A DNA stretch of 64,000 bases from an uncultured virus (IMG/VR IMGVR_UViG_3300028173_000001) (taxonomy: Duplodnaviria > Heunggongvirae > Uroviricota > Caudoviricetes), in IMG/VR virus record IMGVR_UViG_3300028173_000001, one strand, 5' to 3'. The position numbers and the translations under genes are program-made. Of this stretch, positions 51,323 to 59,664 are shown in pieces. The notes under the pieces are model-generated. The model searched no databases. It saw only the letters and a list, made by a program, of their open reading frames with translations, and was not told the DNA's origin. Each line of letters starts with the position of its first letter. The stretch's first letter is position 1.

Positions 51323-51561
51323 AAATCACAGAATCTCAACTCAGGAAGCTGGTAAAAGAAACCTCCTCAAACGAAAAAGCTCGACTAGTTAGTGAGGCGA
51401 TACAAAGTCTCGGCAGTGCAATATGGAAACTAGAAGAAGCAGGACACTATCAGGCCGCGACGATTGTTGATAAATGTATTCAAGCAGTTCGTCGATCTGT
51501 GGCCGGCAGACGAAGAGACGGCCAACAAAGCCAAAACACGGTGTACCAGGATTACGAATGA
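51319..51561 (+). CDS. MKIT-leader protein 5
   Basis: MKITESQLRKLVKET; ATGA overlap. Confidence 0.7.
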   Translation: MKITESQLRKLVKETSSNEKARLVSEAIQSLGSAIWKLEEAGHYQAATIVDKCIQAVRRSVAGRRRDGQQSQNTVYQDYE

Positions 51562-51911
51562 AAATCACAGAATCCAAACTCAGGCATCTCATTCGGGAAT
51601 CCTTAGGTGGAAACAAAACGGAGGCCTGGCTCAGGTTTATGTCTGGTGAACTCTGGATGGAAACGCTGACACCGGAAGATTTGAAGACGATGGGCTACAA
51701 ACCATACAAGTCATATGTAAGGGTTTCCCCGCCGGCCCGTTTCCCATCAGAAGATTACGCTGATGAAAGCTTAATGAACATCGATTTTAGCCACAATGAC
51801 AGCCCGGGAACGAAAGAAGAATTCGTTCAGTTCATGGCAGCAAACGCAGGTAAGGGGATGCTAAATAAGCGTGCACCCAGGAAATACACCCACTTAGATT
51901 TCGTAACATAA
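51558..51911 (+). CDS. MKIT-leader protein 6
   Basis: MKITESKLRHLIRESL; ATGA overlap places the start at 51558. Confidence 0.7.
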   Translation: MKITESKLRHLIRESLGGNKTEAWLRFMSGELWMETLTPEDLKTMGYKPYKSYVRVSPPARFPSEDYADESLMNIDFSHNDSPGTKEEFVQFMAANAGKGMLNKRAPRKYTHLDFVT

Positions 51912-51952
51912 TACATCCAGCTCATTCATCATATAATCTCTAAACGGAGGTT

Positions 51953-52642
51953 GTGATGAGTAAGCCCATGTTTTTGTTGACGCTTCGCGTTGTAGGTACG
52001 GATATTGCGTTCTCGACGAAGTTACGCCCGGTGATTAGCAATGTCAAAGCAATCGCTGAAGAAATCCGCAATATGAATTTGGAAGGGTTTATCCAAGGCG
52101 CTTTGGACCACGGTGGTGGTGCCGACGAGTGCGTCAAAGAATGGAACACACAATACGCAAAAGCTTTCGGAGGCAATAATCACTGGCCGGTGGGTCATTC
52201 CTGGCCTTCTCAATGCGATATGTCCAAGACACGCGCAGAAGTATATGCTAGCGAAATATCGTACCAAGATGCGGCCGCATCCACAGGCAATTTTTTCGTT
52301 GTTTCACGAGACATGCCTCGCTGGGAAATGAATCCAGAGTGGGATTTGCGCGCAGCCGTTTGGGAGTTTGGTCATATTTTAGGTGCGGGTTATGCGACAA
52401 GCGATGAAGCGTACGAAGCCACAAAATATTGTAGGCTCAATGCACCCGGCGTTGTTATAGAAAGAAAAGACTTAAAACCATACACCGAATGCAAAACGCA
52501 TCAAGAATTTCACAGCCTTTTATATCAAGAATTTCACATCCCAGCGATTCCAATCGAAGAGGGTGCCGACGAACTTATAGACAGCATGATGGAACGTCTC
52601 GGGATGAACAAAATAGAGTACATTGACGAGGACGACGAATGA
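51953..52642 (+). CDS. Hypothetical protein
   Basis: GGAGG RBS; TATAAT at 51932. Confidence 0.55.
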   Translation: MMSKPMFLLTLRVVGTDIAFSTKLRPVISNVKAIAEEIRNMNLEGFIQGALDHGGGADECVKEWNTQYAKAFGGNNHWPVGHSWPSQCDMSKTRAEVYASEISYQDAAASTGNFFVVSRDMPRWEMNPEWDLRAAVWEFGHILGAGYATSDEAYEATKYCRLNAPGVVIERKDLKPYTECKTHQEFHSLLYQEFHIPAIPIEEGADELIDSMMERLGMNKIEYIDEDDE

Positions 52643-52914
52643 ACCGCCTAACAAAATTCGCCCTGGCTCCTTTTCACATCGTACGCAAAGTAGCATCGTA
52701 CCAGCCCCTAACCAATGCAACAAAGTTCGCGGCGTATATTGACATTACACCAAATATCATCATTGCTGAGCATTCACCCAGCATTTTGAAACCAATCGCA
52801 TTCTTTCGGGCTGATGTACATCGAAAATGCTGGGATCAGGTTCTTTGGTTCGCTGAGTTTGCCGACACAGCCGTAGAGTTATTGGCAGCAGAACAAATCG
52901 AACCAAGACTATAA
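52639..52914 (+). CDS. Hypothetical protein
   Basis: ATGA overlap, GAGG RBS. Confidence 0.45.
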   Translation: MNRLTKFALAPFHIVRKVASYQPLTNATKFAAYIDITPNIIIAEHSPSILKPIAFFRADVHRKCWDQVLWFAEFADTAVELLAAEQIEPRL

Positions 52915-52926
52915 CAGGAGAACGAA

Positions 52927-53352
52927 ATGACAGCAAGAGATTTTGCATACTGGCTCCAGGGATTCTTTGAAATCTCTGATACGGACGACGTAAAACCAGA
53001 ACAGGTACGAATGATAAAGGCACACCTAGCGTTGGTCTTGACAAAGGTAACACCGACAATGGAGGAGCTCAAAGGGGAGCCCAAAGTCGATTACCCACCA
53101 TGGCAACCAGCAAGAAAAGTAATCGACCCAATGCCATACCCATTCAAAGATGAGCGCGTGGTTTGCTCATCTGTCGGTGGACCACCCGGACTAAAGCTAA
53201 CGAAAGCAGGCACATTACCGATAGGAGAGGTCGCGTCGGCATATGGTGAAGCACTTGCAAACAAGACGCTTGCAGATCTTCATACGCAGCTCAAAACCCC
53301 GATCGGGAAATACGATGTCGACCCAGGAATAAAATGTCAGCTAACATGCTAA
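52927..53352 (+). CDS. Phage hypothetical protein (FxYWLQGFFE-type N-terminus)
   Basis: MTARDFAYWLQGFFEIS...IKAHLALV; AGGAG RBS. Confidence 0.6.
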   Translation: MTARDFAYWLQGFFEISDTDDVKPEQVRMIKAHLALVLTKVTPTMEELKGEPKVDYPPWQPARKVIDPMPYPFKDERVVCSSVGGPPGLKLTKAGTLPIGEVASAYGEALANKTLADLHTQLKTPIGKYDVDPGIKCQLTC

Positions 53353-54023
53353 ATGAATCTAACAATGACGATGTTACTGTGACACCCGCCGTGTTAAGTC
53401 AGCATCACCAGCATCTCATCAGTAAGTGGAGTCACACCCAAATCCTGGACAACCTGTCTCAGGAAAAAGCTCTCAATTACGCAATCCTTTTTGAGAATCA
53501 ATCGAAACTAATTCTGCGCGAAATTGAAGATATGCATTCCCGACATCGTTCGTGTCCAAGAACGTGGAATCAGGAAGCGTTCAACCTGGCCCAACAAAAT
53601 GTGTTTCCGCTTATCAGGCGAGTTTTTGACGGCGTCGATTTTGAATGGAAAGCAATGGAGACCCCATATGAAGAAGGTGTGGGCTGCGCAGAAACATCAA
53701 GGTTGAGGACAAAATTCTCTCTGACTGATTATGAGCACCGAGTTCAATCTGAAGAATTCAGTCGCATGGACGGGCTTACTGTTTGGTTTGACATCATGGT
53801 TGGCCAATTCATCGAAGAGTTCAACAACATCGTGCTTGTTGATAAAGCATCGATGGCACAATACAAGAATTATGATGGGCCGGTGGTGAGGCATATTCAC
53901 ACCCCATTCCTGGCTGCAAGCAACTCTTATGGCGACCGTATCCCACCGAACAGGCGCAACAAAACCTACGGCACCATGTGGCGCGGAAAAACTGTTCCTG
54001 CAAAGAAAGTTGGGCCCGTGTAA
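53334..54023 (+). CDS. MCP-derived protein (N-terminal/spine-helix part, large insertion absent)
   Basis: LISKW, LFENQ, VFPLIRRVFDG, AETSRLRTKFS align colinearly with MCP LIEKW, LLESQ, AFPLVRRVFGG, AETRKLRARWS. Confidence 0.75.
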   Translation: MSANMLNESNNDDVTVTPAVLSQHHQHLISKWSHTQILDNLSQEKALNYAILFENQSKLILREIEDMHSRHRSCPRTWNQEAFNLAQQNVFPLIRRVFDGVDFEWKAMETPYEEGVGCAETSRLRTKFSLTDYEHRVQSEEFSRMDGLTVWFDIMVGQFIEEFNNIVLVDKASMAQYKNYDGPVVRHIHTPFLAASNSYGDRIPPNRRNKTYGTMWRGKTVPAKKVGPV

Positions 54024-54046
54024 GTTTCGTGCTGGTGTGATAAAAT
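54018..54046 (+). promoter_or_regulatory. Sigma70-like promoter GTGTAA-N17-TAAAAT
   Basis: The -35 hexamer is the GTG-TAA end of the upstream gene. Confidence 0.55.
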
Positions 54047-54098
54047 ATATTCATAAAGCGACCCGACATGATATTTATGATCGTAACGGAGCATCAGA

Positions 54099-54338
54099 AT
54101 GAAGATTACAGAAAACCAGCTACGTAATGTTATCCGCCACGAAAAATCAAAACTGGCAGAAATGAAAAGTCCAGATGGTCGTTTTCAAACAAGCAACTTC
54201 TTTGCGGAAGATCTAAAAACATTGATTACGGGCGGACTGTCGACCGGTCTGTCATATTCCGACATAGAAGAAGAATTCAGATACGCCCTGCAGCAAGTTC
54301 GGGATGATGGATACGAGCAATCACACGATGCATACTAG
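54099..54338 (+). CDS. MKIT-leader protein 7
   Basis: MKITENQLRNVIRHEKSKLAE; GGAG RBS. Confidence 0.7.
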   Translation: MKITENQLRNVIRHEKSKLAEMKSPDGRFQTSNFFAEDLKTLITGGLSTGLSYSDIEEEFRYALQQVRDDGYEQSHDAY

Positions 54339-54412
54339 GCAGCTTCTTTACATTACGCTTAGGTAACCTACCAATGGCGTGTTTAGGGCGTACAGGAAAG
54401 GACACAGGTATC

Positions 54413-54727
54413 ATGAAAATAACAGAAAACCAATTACGGAAAGCAATCCGTAAAGAAAAATCAAAAATGAGCGAAGGACGCGTCGGCAAACGAGCGCTAG
54501 CCATGCACACCCCCATTGAAACACGATCTGCACTTGAATATCAGGTTGAGAATTTTCTTGAAATTGTAATGGCCGATGCGGCTGATGAGTTGGGTGATGA
54601 TGAGGGTGGCGAATTCGCTGAACTTGCCTTGCTAGAAGTAGTCGCGGGGCCAGCAGATACGCTAGGTTATCTTACCCTTGCCAGGGAGCTAAGGGCAATT
54701 GAAACAAAACGGTACTCGCATTACTAA
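54413..54727 (+). CDS. MKIT-leader protein 8
   Basis: MKITENQLRKAIRKEKSKMSE. Confidence 0.7.
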   Translation: MKITENQLRKAIRKEKSKMSEGRVGKRALAMHTPIETRSALEYQVENFLEIVMADAADELGDDEGGEFAELALLEVVAGPADTLGYLTLARELRAIETKRYSHY

Positions 54728-55698
54728 TGGCATATCGTTATCCAAAACTTGTTGATGTCCTTTTTGAGGATGTGACTGACGATATTGCCAAGGCTGCCAA
54801 GGGTGGACCCGGTGCAGTACGATCGTTCGTAGACAACCATCCTGACCCGGATGAGTTGAAGGCTGCCCTTCATGGCACTCACGACAATGTCAAAGCGGAC
54901 GACACGACGAAAGTGTCAAAACCAGCAATGAGACAAATTCGGGATTTCAAACCTACACAGAAAGAAATTGACATGATGAAGTCGGCGGCGTTTCCATTGG
55001 GAAGTGCAAAGGCTCTTGCAAAAGCAATCTCCTCAAACACAACAGACGCTCCCGGCTCAATTACCGTATCAGGCGATGATGTGATCGATGGGCACCATAG
55101 ATGGTCAGGTGTATGGGCAATCAGTGGACCGGATGGTGTAATCAGCGCCGAAGATTTAGAGCTTCCTGGAGACACAACCCAGAAACTCGCCGCAGCTCAA
55201 CTTGCCATCGCAGCACACAAAGATCCAAACCAGGATATGCCAACAGCATCAGGAAAGATCGCAAACAACATTCTGGGCAAGTCATCGAGCGAAATTGAAA
55301 AGATGATGGCAGCAAATGTGGGACGCCAGGTAGACCGTCGAGCCCCCGGCCCAATGCTAAACGATGAAATGGTTTCGAACTCATCAAAAGATAAGACCAT
55401 TGCAAAATGGGCAGGCTTCAAACCAGGTGCTGATCCTAAAGAAGTGATCGTGAAAATCATCAAGAAGATTTCGGCAAACCTGGCAACTGTGCCAAGCAAC
55501 ACGAAAGCGCCCGCCCGAGAGGATATGCCCCAACTTGACGACAAATCAATTGGCGGTAAAGCTGGAAAGGCAGCGATTTATGACAAGCTGCAGAACGCTG
55601 AAATCAATATCAAAAGCCCATTAAGCCCACAGAAAGAATCTGCTGAGCGTGATGGGAATCTATTGACAGAGCGTTGGTGCCAATTGGCTAAATGCTAA
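54727..55698 (+). CDS. ParB/Srx-like domain protein
   Basis: FKPTQKEID and ITVSGDDVIDGHHRW. Confidence 0.65.
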   Translation: MAYRYPKLVDVLFEDVTDDIAKAAKGGPGAVRSFVDNHPDPDELKAALHGTHDNVKADDTTKVSKPAMRQIRDFKPTQKEIDMMKSAAFPLGSAKALAKAISSNTTDAPGSITVSGDDVIDGHHRWSGVWAISGPDGVISAEDLELPGDTTQKLAAAQLAIAAHKDPNQDMPTASGKIANNILGKSSSEIEKMMAANVGRQVDRRAPGPMLNDEMVSNSSKDKTIAKWAGFKPGADPKEVIVKIIKKISANLATVPSNTKAPAREDMPQLDDKSIGGKAGKAAIYDKLQNAEINIKSPLSPQKESAERDGNLLTERWCQLAKC

Positions 55699-56077
55699 AG
55701 TCTCTGTAGACAGGGACTTTCTTGAATCGATAACATTTACTTGGATCCACGATCGGGGCACCACGCGGGCTGAACGTTGCGCTAGGAACCCTGTTTTTAT
55801 ACACAACGTAAAAATCATCATCGTTCTGTCTTTCAACAAGCTCTTCAAGCGATAGCATTTCGTCTTTGTGCGATGAAACGCTTACGGCAACACTTTGCAC
55901 GGAATCACCAGCAACATAAAAAACAAGACAGGACGGCAACTCAGATTGCATGATATGTGTCCCCAGCATCGGTGTTTTGCCCAGGAAGTCATTCATATCA
56001 GTGTACAGTTCACCCATTTCTTCGTAATCAGGAAGATCCGCCGGCGTGATTATCTTATGTTTTGTTTTGTGTTTCAT
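55688..56077 (-). CDS. Hypothetical protein
   Basis: AGAGGA RBS before MKHKTKH at 56077. Confidence 0.5.
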   Translation of the reverse strand: MKHKTKHKIITPADLPDYEEMGELYTDMNDFLGKTPMLGTHIMQSELPSCLVFYVAGDSVQSVAVSVSSHKDEMLSLEELVERQNDDDFYVVYKNRVPSATFSPRGAPIVDPSKCYRFKKVPVYRDFSI

Positions 56078-56131
56078 AATTTTATTTCCTCTTGAATCAT
56101 AGTATAATATTTTCATACAGAGGTAAAATAA

Positions 56132-56638
56132 ATGATAAAACCATATCCGACACCAGACCCAGCAGTTATGCGCAAAATTCTTGATGGAAGCCGACCGCCT
56201 GACTACGTGACATATTGGCATCGAATGCCGGGAAGGTATGTCTTAAAAGAGACAGGTGAGGATTGCGCCGACGAGGAGGCACGCCCATTGTTTTATGGAA
56301 CTGTGACAGAGTGGTATTCGATTTTGGCCGAGGCTGTCCACGACGCATGGCGGAAAATAACAGACAACGGTATAACAGGGATGACATCGGGAATCATTGT
56401 TTCACGTGATATTCAAAATGTCCTTGAGGCAACGCATTGGTTTCGCGGAATATACCATCATTGCAGTTGCTGCACGGCGAAAACAGAATGGCCAGTGATC
56501 GGGACTTTAGACGGGATTCCTGTTTATGCCAGCGATGAAGTGGGAAACAAGGTTGTTGTGTTTATGACGGGTTGCGATAAATGCGATCTTGAAGCCACTG
56601 CGGAGATTAGAATTAAAGGAATGGACAGGATCATCTAA
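56132..56638 (+). CDS. MCP-derived protein (A-domain-like region)
   Basis: YWHRMPGRYVLKETG, FYGTVTEWYSIL, IIVSRDIQNVLE, IGTL align with MCP YWSRSPGKFLNKQTG, FTGTVREWYETL, IVVGPDVATIFE, VGTL. Confidence 0.75.
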   Translation: MIKPYPTPDPAVMRKILDGSRPPDYVTYWHRMPGRYVLKETGEDCADEEARPLFYGTVTEWYSILAEAVHDAWRKITDNGITGMTSGIIVSRDIQNVLEATHWFRGIYHHCSCCTAKTEWPVIGTLDGIPVYASDEVGNKVVVFMTGCDKCDLEATAEIRIKGMDRII

Positions 56639-57354
56639 GAATCTTCAGCGATTGAATCTCGAAGTATGTCCCGTAATGTTTTCCATGCCGGCAACTCTGT
56701 TGGTATAATGAATCGGTGATCCGTTTTGATCGCCTGATTGACAATCGAAAAGCGATGCCTCCTGTCACGCAACGATAACATCTGGACGCCTAGCAGGCTA
56801 TGCTCCGGATCTTGGTGTGCAGCCTTTGCAGAACCCAACATGCGCCGTAACTCTACCTCAAATTTTACGGCAGGATCTTTGTTCTGTCTTCTTCTGAAAT
56901 CATCAGCTTCCCTTCTTTCCCATGCTGAACCATCACCATACCAAGCATCCATGTCAAGTTTATCGTCTGACATTGATTTACCCAAAAATTTGAGTTCCCC
57001 GGTGTGTTTGATTTTTTCCCAGATGTCATTTTTGATAAGAACCTCAGTTCCCCAGTCGAAACGATGTAAGCCACCGCTCTTAGCGATAGCCCACTCAGGA
57101 ACGCGATAAGCATAAACGTGACCAACAATGTGATGGTTGGCTCGAATACCTCGCGGATTGGTCGACATAAAGATTCCGCCGTCTTCCCGACCTGCTAACC
57201 AGTCTCTGCTCCATCCCTCACCTCGACGCTCAGGCCTAACCTGGACAGGTCGTTTATCAATGCGATAGAGCACACGACTTCCTTTTCTTTCATCCCGGAT
57301 CTCTTTGAGGACTGACCGGACGAATGTTTCAAATTGTTGATCGCTACGTGACAT
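56635..57354 (-). CDS. Putative ADP-ribosyltransferase-fold protein
   Basis: VLYR...IFMSTN...VYAY...TEVLI (R-S-E order); late motif 5 nt before ATG. Confidence 0.45.
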   Translation of the reverse strand: MSRSDQQFETFVRSVLKEIRDERKGSRVLYRIDKRPVQVRPERRGEGWSRDWLAGREDGGIFMSTNPRGIRANHHIVGHVYAYRVPEWAIAKSGGLHRFDWGTEVLIKNDIWEKIKHTGELKFLGKSMSDDKLDMDAWYGDGSAWERREADDFRRRQNKDPAVKFEVELRRMLGSAKAAHQDPEHSLLGVQMLSLRDRRHRFSIVNQAIKTDHRFIIPTELPAWKTLRDILRDSIAEDS

Positions 57355-57420
57355 GCATATAAATATACGTTTCGCTCTCAGCAAGATATTTATTTTTGAA
57401 CTTCAATGGAGAAGAAACAC

Positions 57421-57813
57421 ATGGCTAAAGATACAAAACCAAAATCAACAACAACGACAAAGACAACGCCCAAAGCAGTTGCTCCGAAGCCAGCAGCTCC
57501 GAAGCCTGTCGTAGTAAAAGCGGAAACACCAAAACCTGTTGTTGTCGCTCCTAAAGTTGTGACTCCCAAGGTCGTAACCCCAGCAGCACCAGATCCGAAA
57601 GTCCGCAACAAGAAAATTCATGAGGTCTGCGAAGATATTATGGCAAACGAGTTTTTCGTTCTTTCACATGCGGAAGCACACCCAATCGCTATAAAAATGG
57701 TCGATGAGAATGCTGAGCACCTCCGAACTGTCGTGAAATACTTTTCATACCACGAACGAGAAAAACTATGCAATGAGCTAGCACAAAAGCATAATCTCAC
57801 TCGCTCAAAATAG
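57421..57813 (+). CDS. Pro/Lys/Val-rich low-complexity protein
   Basis: PKAVA/PKPAA/PKPVV/PKVVT repeats; GGAG RBS. Confidence 0.55.
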   Translation: MAKDTKPKSTTTTKTTPKAVAPKPAAPKPVVVKAETPKPVVVAPKVVTPKVVTPAAPDPKVRNKKIHEVCEDIMANEFFVLSHAEAHPIAIKMVDENAEHLRTVVKYFSYHEREKLCNELAQKHNLTRSK

Positions 57814-57870
57814 ATACCACCACCGGATACGGTTTTGACTATTTTACGAATTCCTCAATACTTATAGTTA

Positions 57871-58116
57871 ATGCTGAAAGAAAACACAAGAGTCAATTCA
57901 ATGCAAGAAAAAATAGTCAAACCCAGGTGTGAGTTCAAAGCAGCACGACAGTTCACTCACCTTCGCAAAATGATTGATACGATCACGGAACTTGAAAATC
58001 AATATCTGCAAAAAGCGAAGCTATACGATAGGATCATGGACGTTTTAGTGCTTGCTGAAACAGCAACAGAGAAAATAGACAGAATAGAACAGATCACAAC
58101 ACAACAGGTTGTGTAA
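57871..58116 (+). CDS. Small coiled-coil hypothetical protein
   Basis: ATACTTA motif 6 nt upstream of ATG. Confidence 0.45.
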   Translation: MLKENTRVNSMQEKIVKPRCEFKAARQFTHLRKMIDTITELENQYLQKAKLYDRIMDVLVLAETATEKIDRIEQITTQQVV

Positions 58117-58117
58117 C

Positions 58118-58447
58118 ATGGCCGAAGAAAAAGACCAAAGTAACTGGAACGAATATTCTAAGCTTGTGCTAAAGGAATTAGAAACTTTAGCGACTGGAAT
58201 CGACGGGCTGTCTGAGGAAATGAAAGCGCTAAAACTGAGTTTTGCGACACTGTCGGCCAGAGAATCGAAAATCGATGAACTCAAGGCATGGAAAGACAAG
58301 ATCGACGAAGTCGCGTCGCCAGCTCAACTCAAGACACTCGTCGAAAAAGTAAATAAGCACGAAATATTCATGGTCAGAGCAGTTACTGCCTTCGCAGTCA
58401 TACAAGTTATAATGGCAGGAGCCATGGCAGTAATGAAGCTTTTTTAG
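58118..58447 (+). CDS. Coiled-coil protein with C-terminal transmembrane helix (holin/XhlA-like candidate)
   Basis: Heptad region followed by hydrophobic AVTAFAVIQVIMAGAMAVM. Confidence 0.45.
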   Translation: MAEEKDQSNWNEYSKLVLKELETLATGIDGLSEEMKALKLSFATLSARESKIDELKAWKDKIDEVASPAQLKTLVEKVNKHEIFMVRAVTAFAVIQVIMAGAMAVMKLF

Positions 58448-58490
58448 CTCGCCGTCTCCCCTCACTGATATTTATAGGTGAGGTCGAATT

Positions 58491-59660
58491 ATGGCGAGTT
58501 TTCTAAATACACTAAACCCAACACCGTATGGCATTTTTGATTCTGACTTAGCATTTCAAAGTGAAGCAGACAGTCTCGTTCTGTTTGTCAAGCGAAAGCT
58601 CGGCGATGATGTTCTTAGCGTCGAGTTAACGAAAAAGATGATTTGGATGTGCCTTGAAGAGTCGCTCTTCGAATACGGAAAAATTGTAAATGAGTACCAA
58701 GCCAAGAGCCAACTGGCAAACTTCTTGGGCGTCGCTACAGGATCGCTAGAAGGCCAAGAGCAGAAATATTCACGCGAGACTCTAGAGTTCTTTCTCAGGA
58801 AAGCAGAGCCGTATGCGATGCAGGCGGGTTTGGGTGGCTCATACAATGCAGCCTCAGGCTCAATCACATTAGTGAAAGGCCAACAAGACTACAACATCTA
58901 TGAAACGCTAAACGATGCCGCCGGCGACCCACTCGTCGATTCTAGCCTCAATAAAACTGGAGGCAAAATGAAAATCATGGAAGTGTTTCATTTCAATCCT
59001 CACGCTGCATATCGTTTTTTCAACCAGTCATCTGCAACGAATTATCTTGCAAACGAGTTCTCGTTCGAGTCTTTCACACCAGAAACAGTTTTTTACGTGC
59101 TACCTGTATTTGAGGACATCTTGCGTGGCGGAATGCTTGATTTGTCGAACAGGGTTAGGCGGTCAAACTACACGTACAAAATTGTTGGCCAAAACATTCG
59201 AATATTTCCAGTGCCATCGTCATACGATCCACAGAAGTTGTGGATGAGGGTAATGTTTGAGCCTGATCCGACGGATCCAGACATTAATGATCCGTCAATT
59301 TACGGCGTTTCAAACCTGTCAAACATTCCGTTTGGAAACATTCAATTCTCGAAAATCAACTCCATCGGCCGTCAGTGGGTCAGACAATATGCCATGGCAC
59401 TTGCGATGGAGCTACTCGGTTGGATTCGAACAAAGTTCGCATCTGTCCCAATTCCAGGCGGCGATCTTAGTCTCAATGGGCAGGAATTGCTGACGCATGG
59501 CCGAGAAGACAAAGAGAAATTGGTGACATCATTGCGAGAAATGCTAGAGTCAACTACATACGAGAAACTTGTCGAAGTAGAAGCTGCTGCGGTCGAGAGT
59601 CTACAAAAAATATTACGAAGCATCCCAACTCCAAATGGGCGCGCGATTTTCATAGGATAA
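58491..59660 (+). CDS. Neck protein (T4 gp13-like)
   Basis: RKLG...VEL, WVRQYAMALAMELLG..RTKF...PGG..LNG. Confidence 0.8.
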   Translation: MASFLNTLNPTPYGIFDSDLAFQSEADSLVLFVKRKLGDDVLSVELTKKMIWMCLEESLFEYGKIVNEYQAKSQLANFLGVATGSLEGQEQKYSRETLEFFLRKAEPYAMQAGLGGSYNAASGSITLVKGQQDYNIYETLNDAAGDPLVDSSLNKTGGKMKIMEVFHFNPHAAYRFFNQSSATNYLANEFSFESFTPETVFYVLPVFEDILRGGMLDLSNRVRRSNYTYKIVGQNIRIFPVPSSYDPQKLWMRVMFEPDPTDPDINDPSIYGVSNLSNIPFGNIQFSKINSIGRQWVRQYAMALAMELLGWIRTKFASVPIPGGDLSLNGQELLTHGREDKEKLVTSLREMLESTTYEKLVEVEAAAVESLQKILRSIPTPNGRAIFIG

Positions 59661-59664
59661 CATC

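Noticed and set aside
49987..51600. CRISPR array or integron suggested by the repeated ATGAAAATCAC
   Set aside because: Repeats are coding, vary at wobble positions, are irregularly spaced and not palindromic; no cas or integrase gene in the window
57421..57600. Tandem DNA repeat or contingency locus
   Set aside because: Degenerate codon-level repeats encoding a Pro/Lys-rich linker, not an exact DNA repeat
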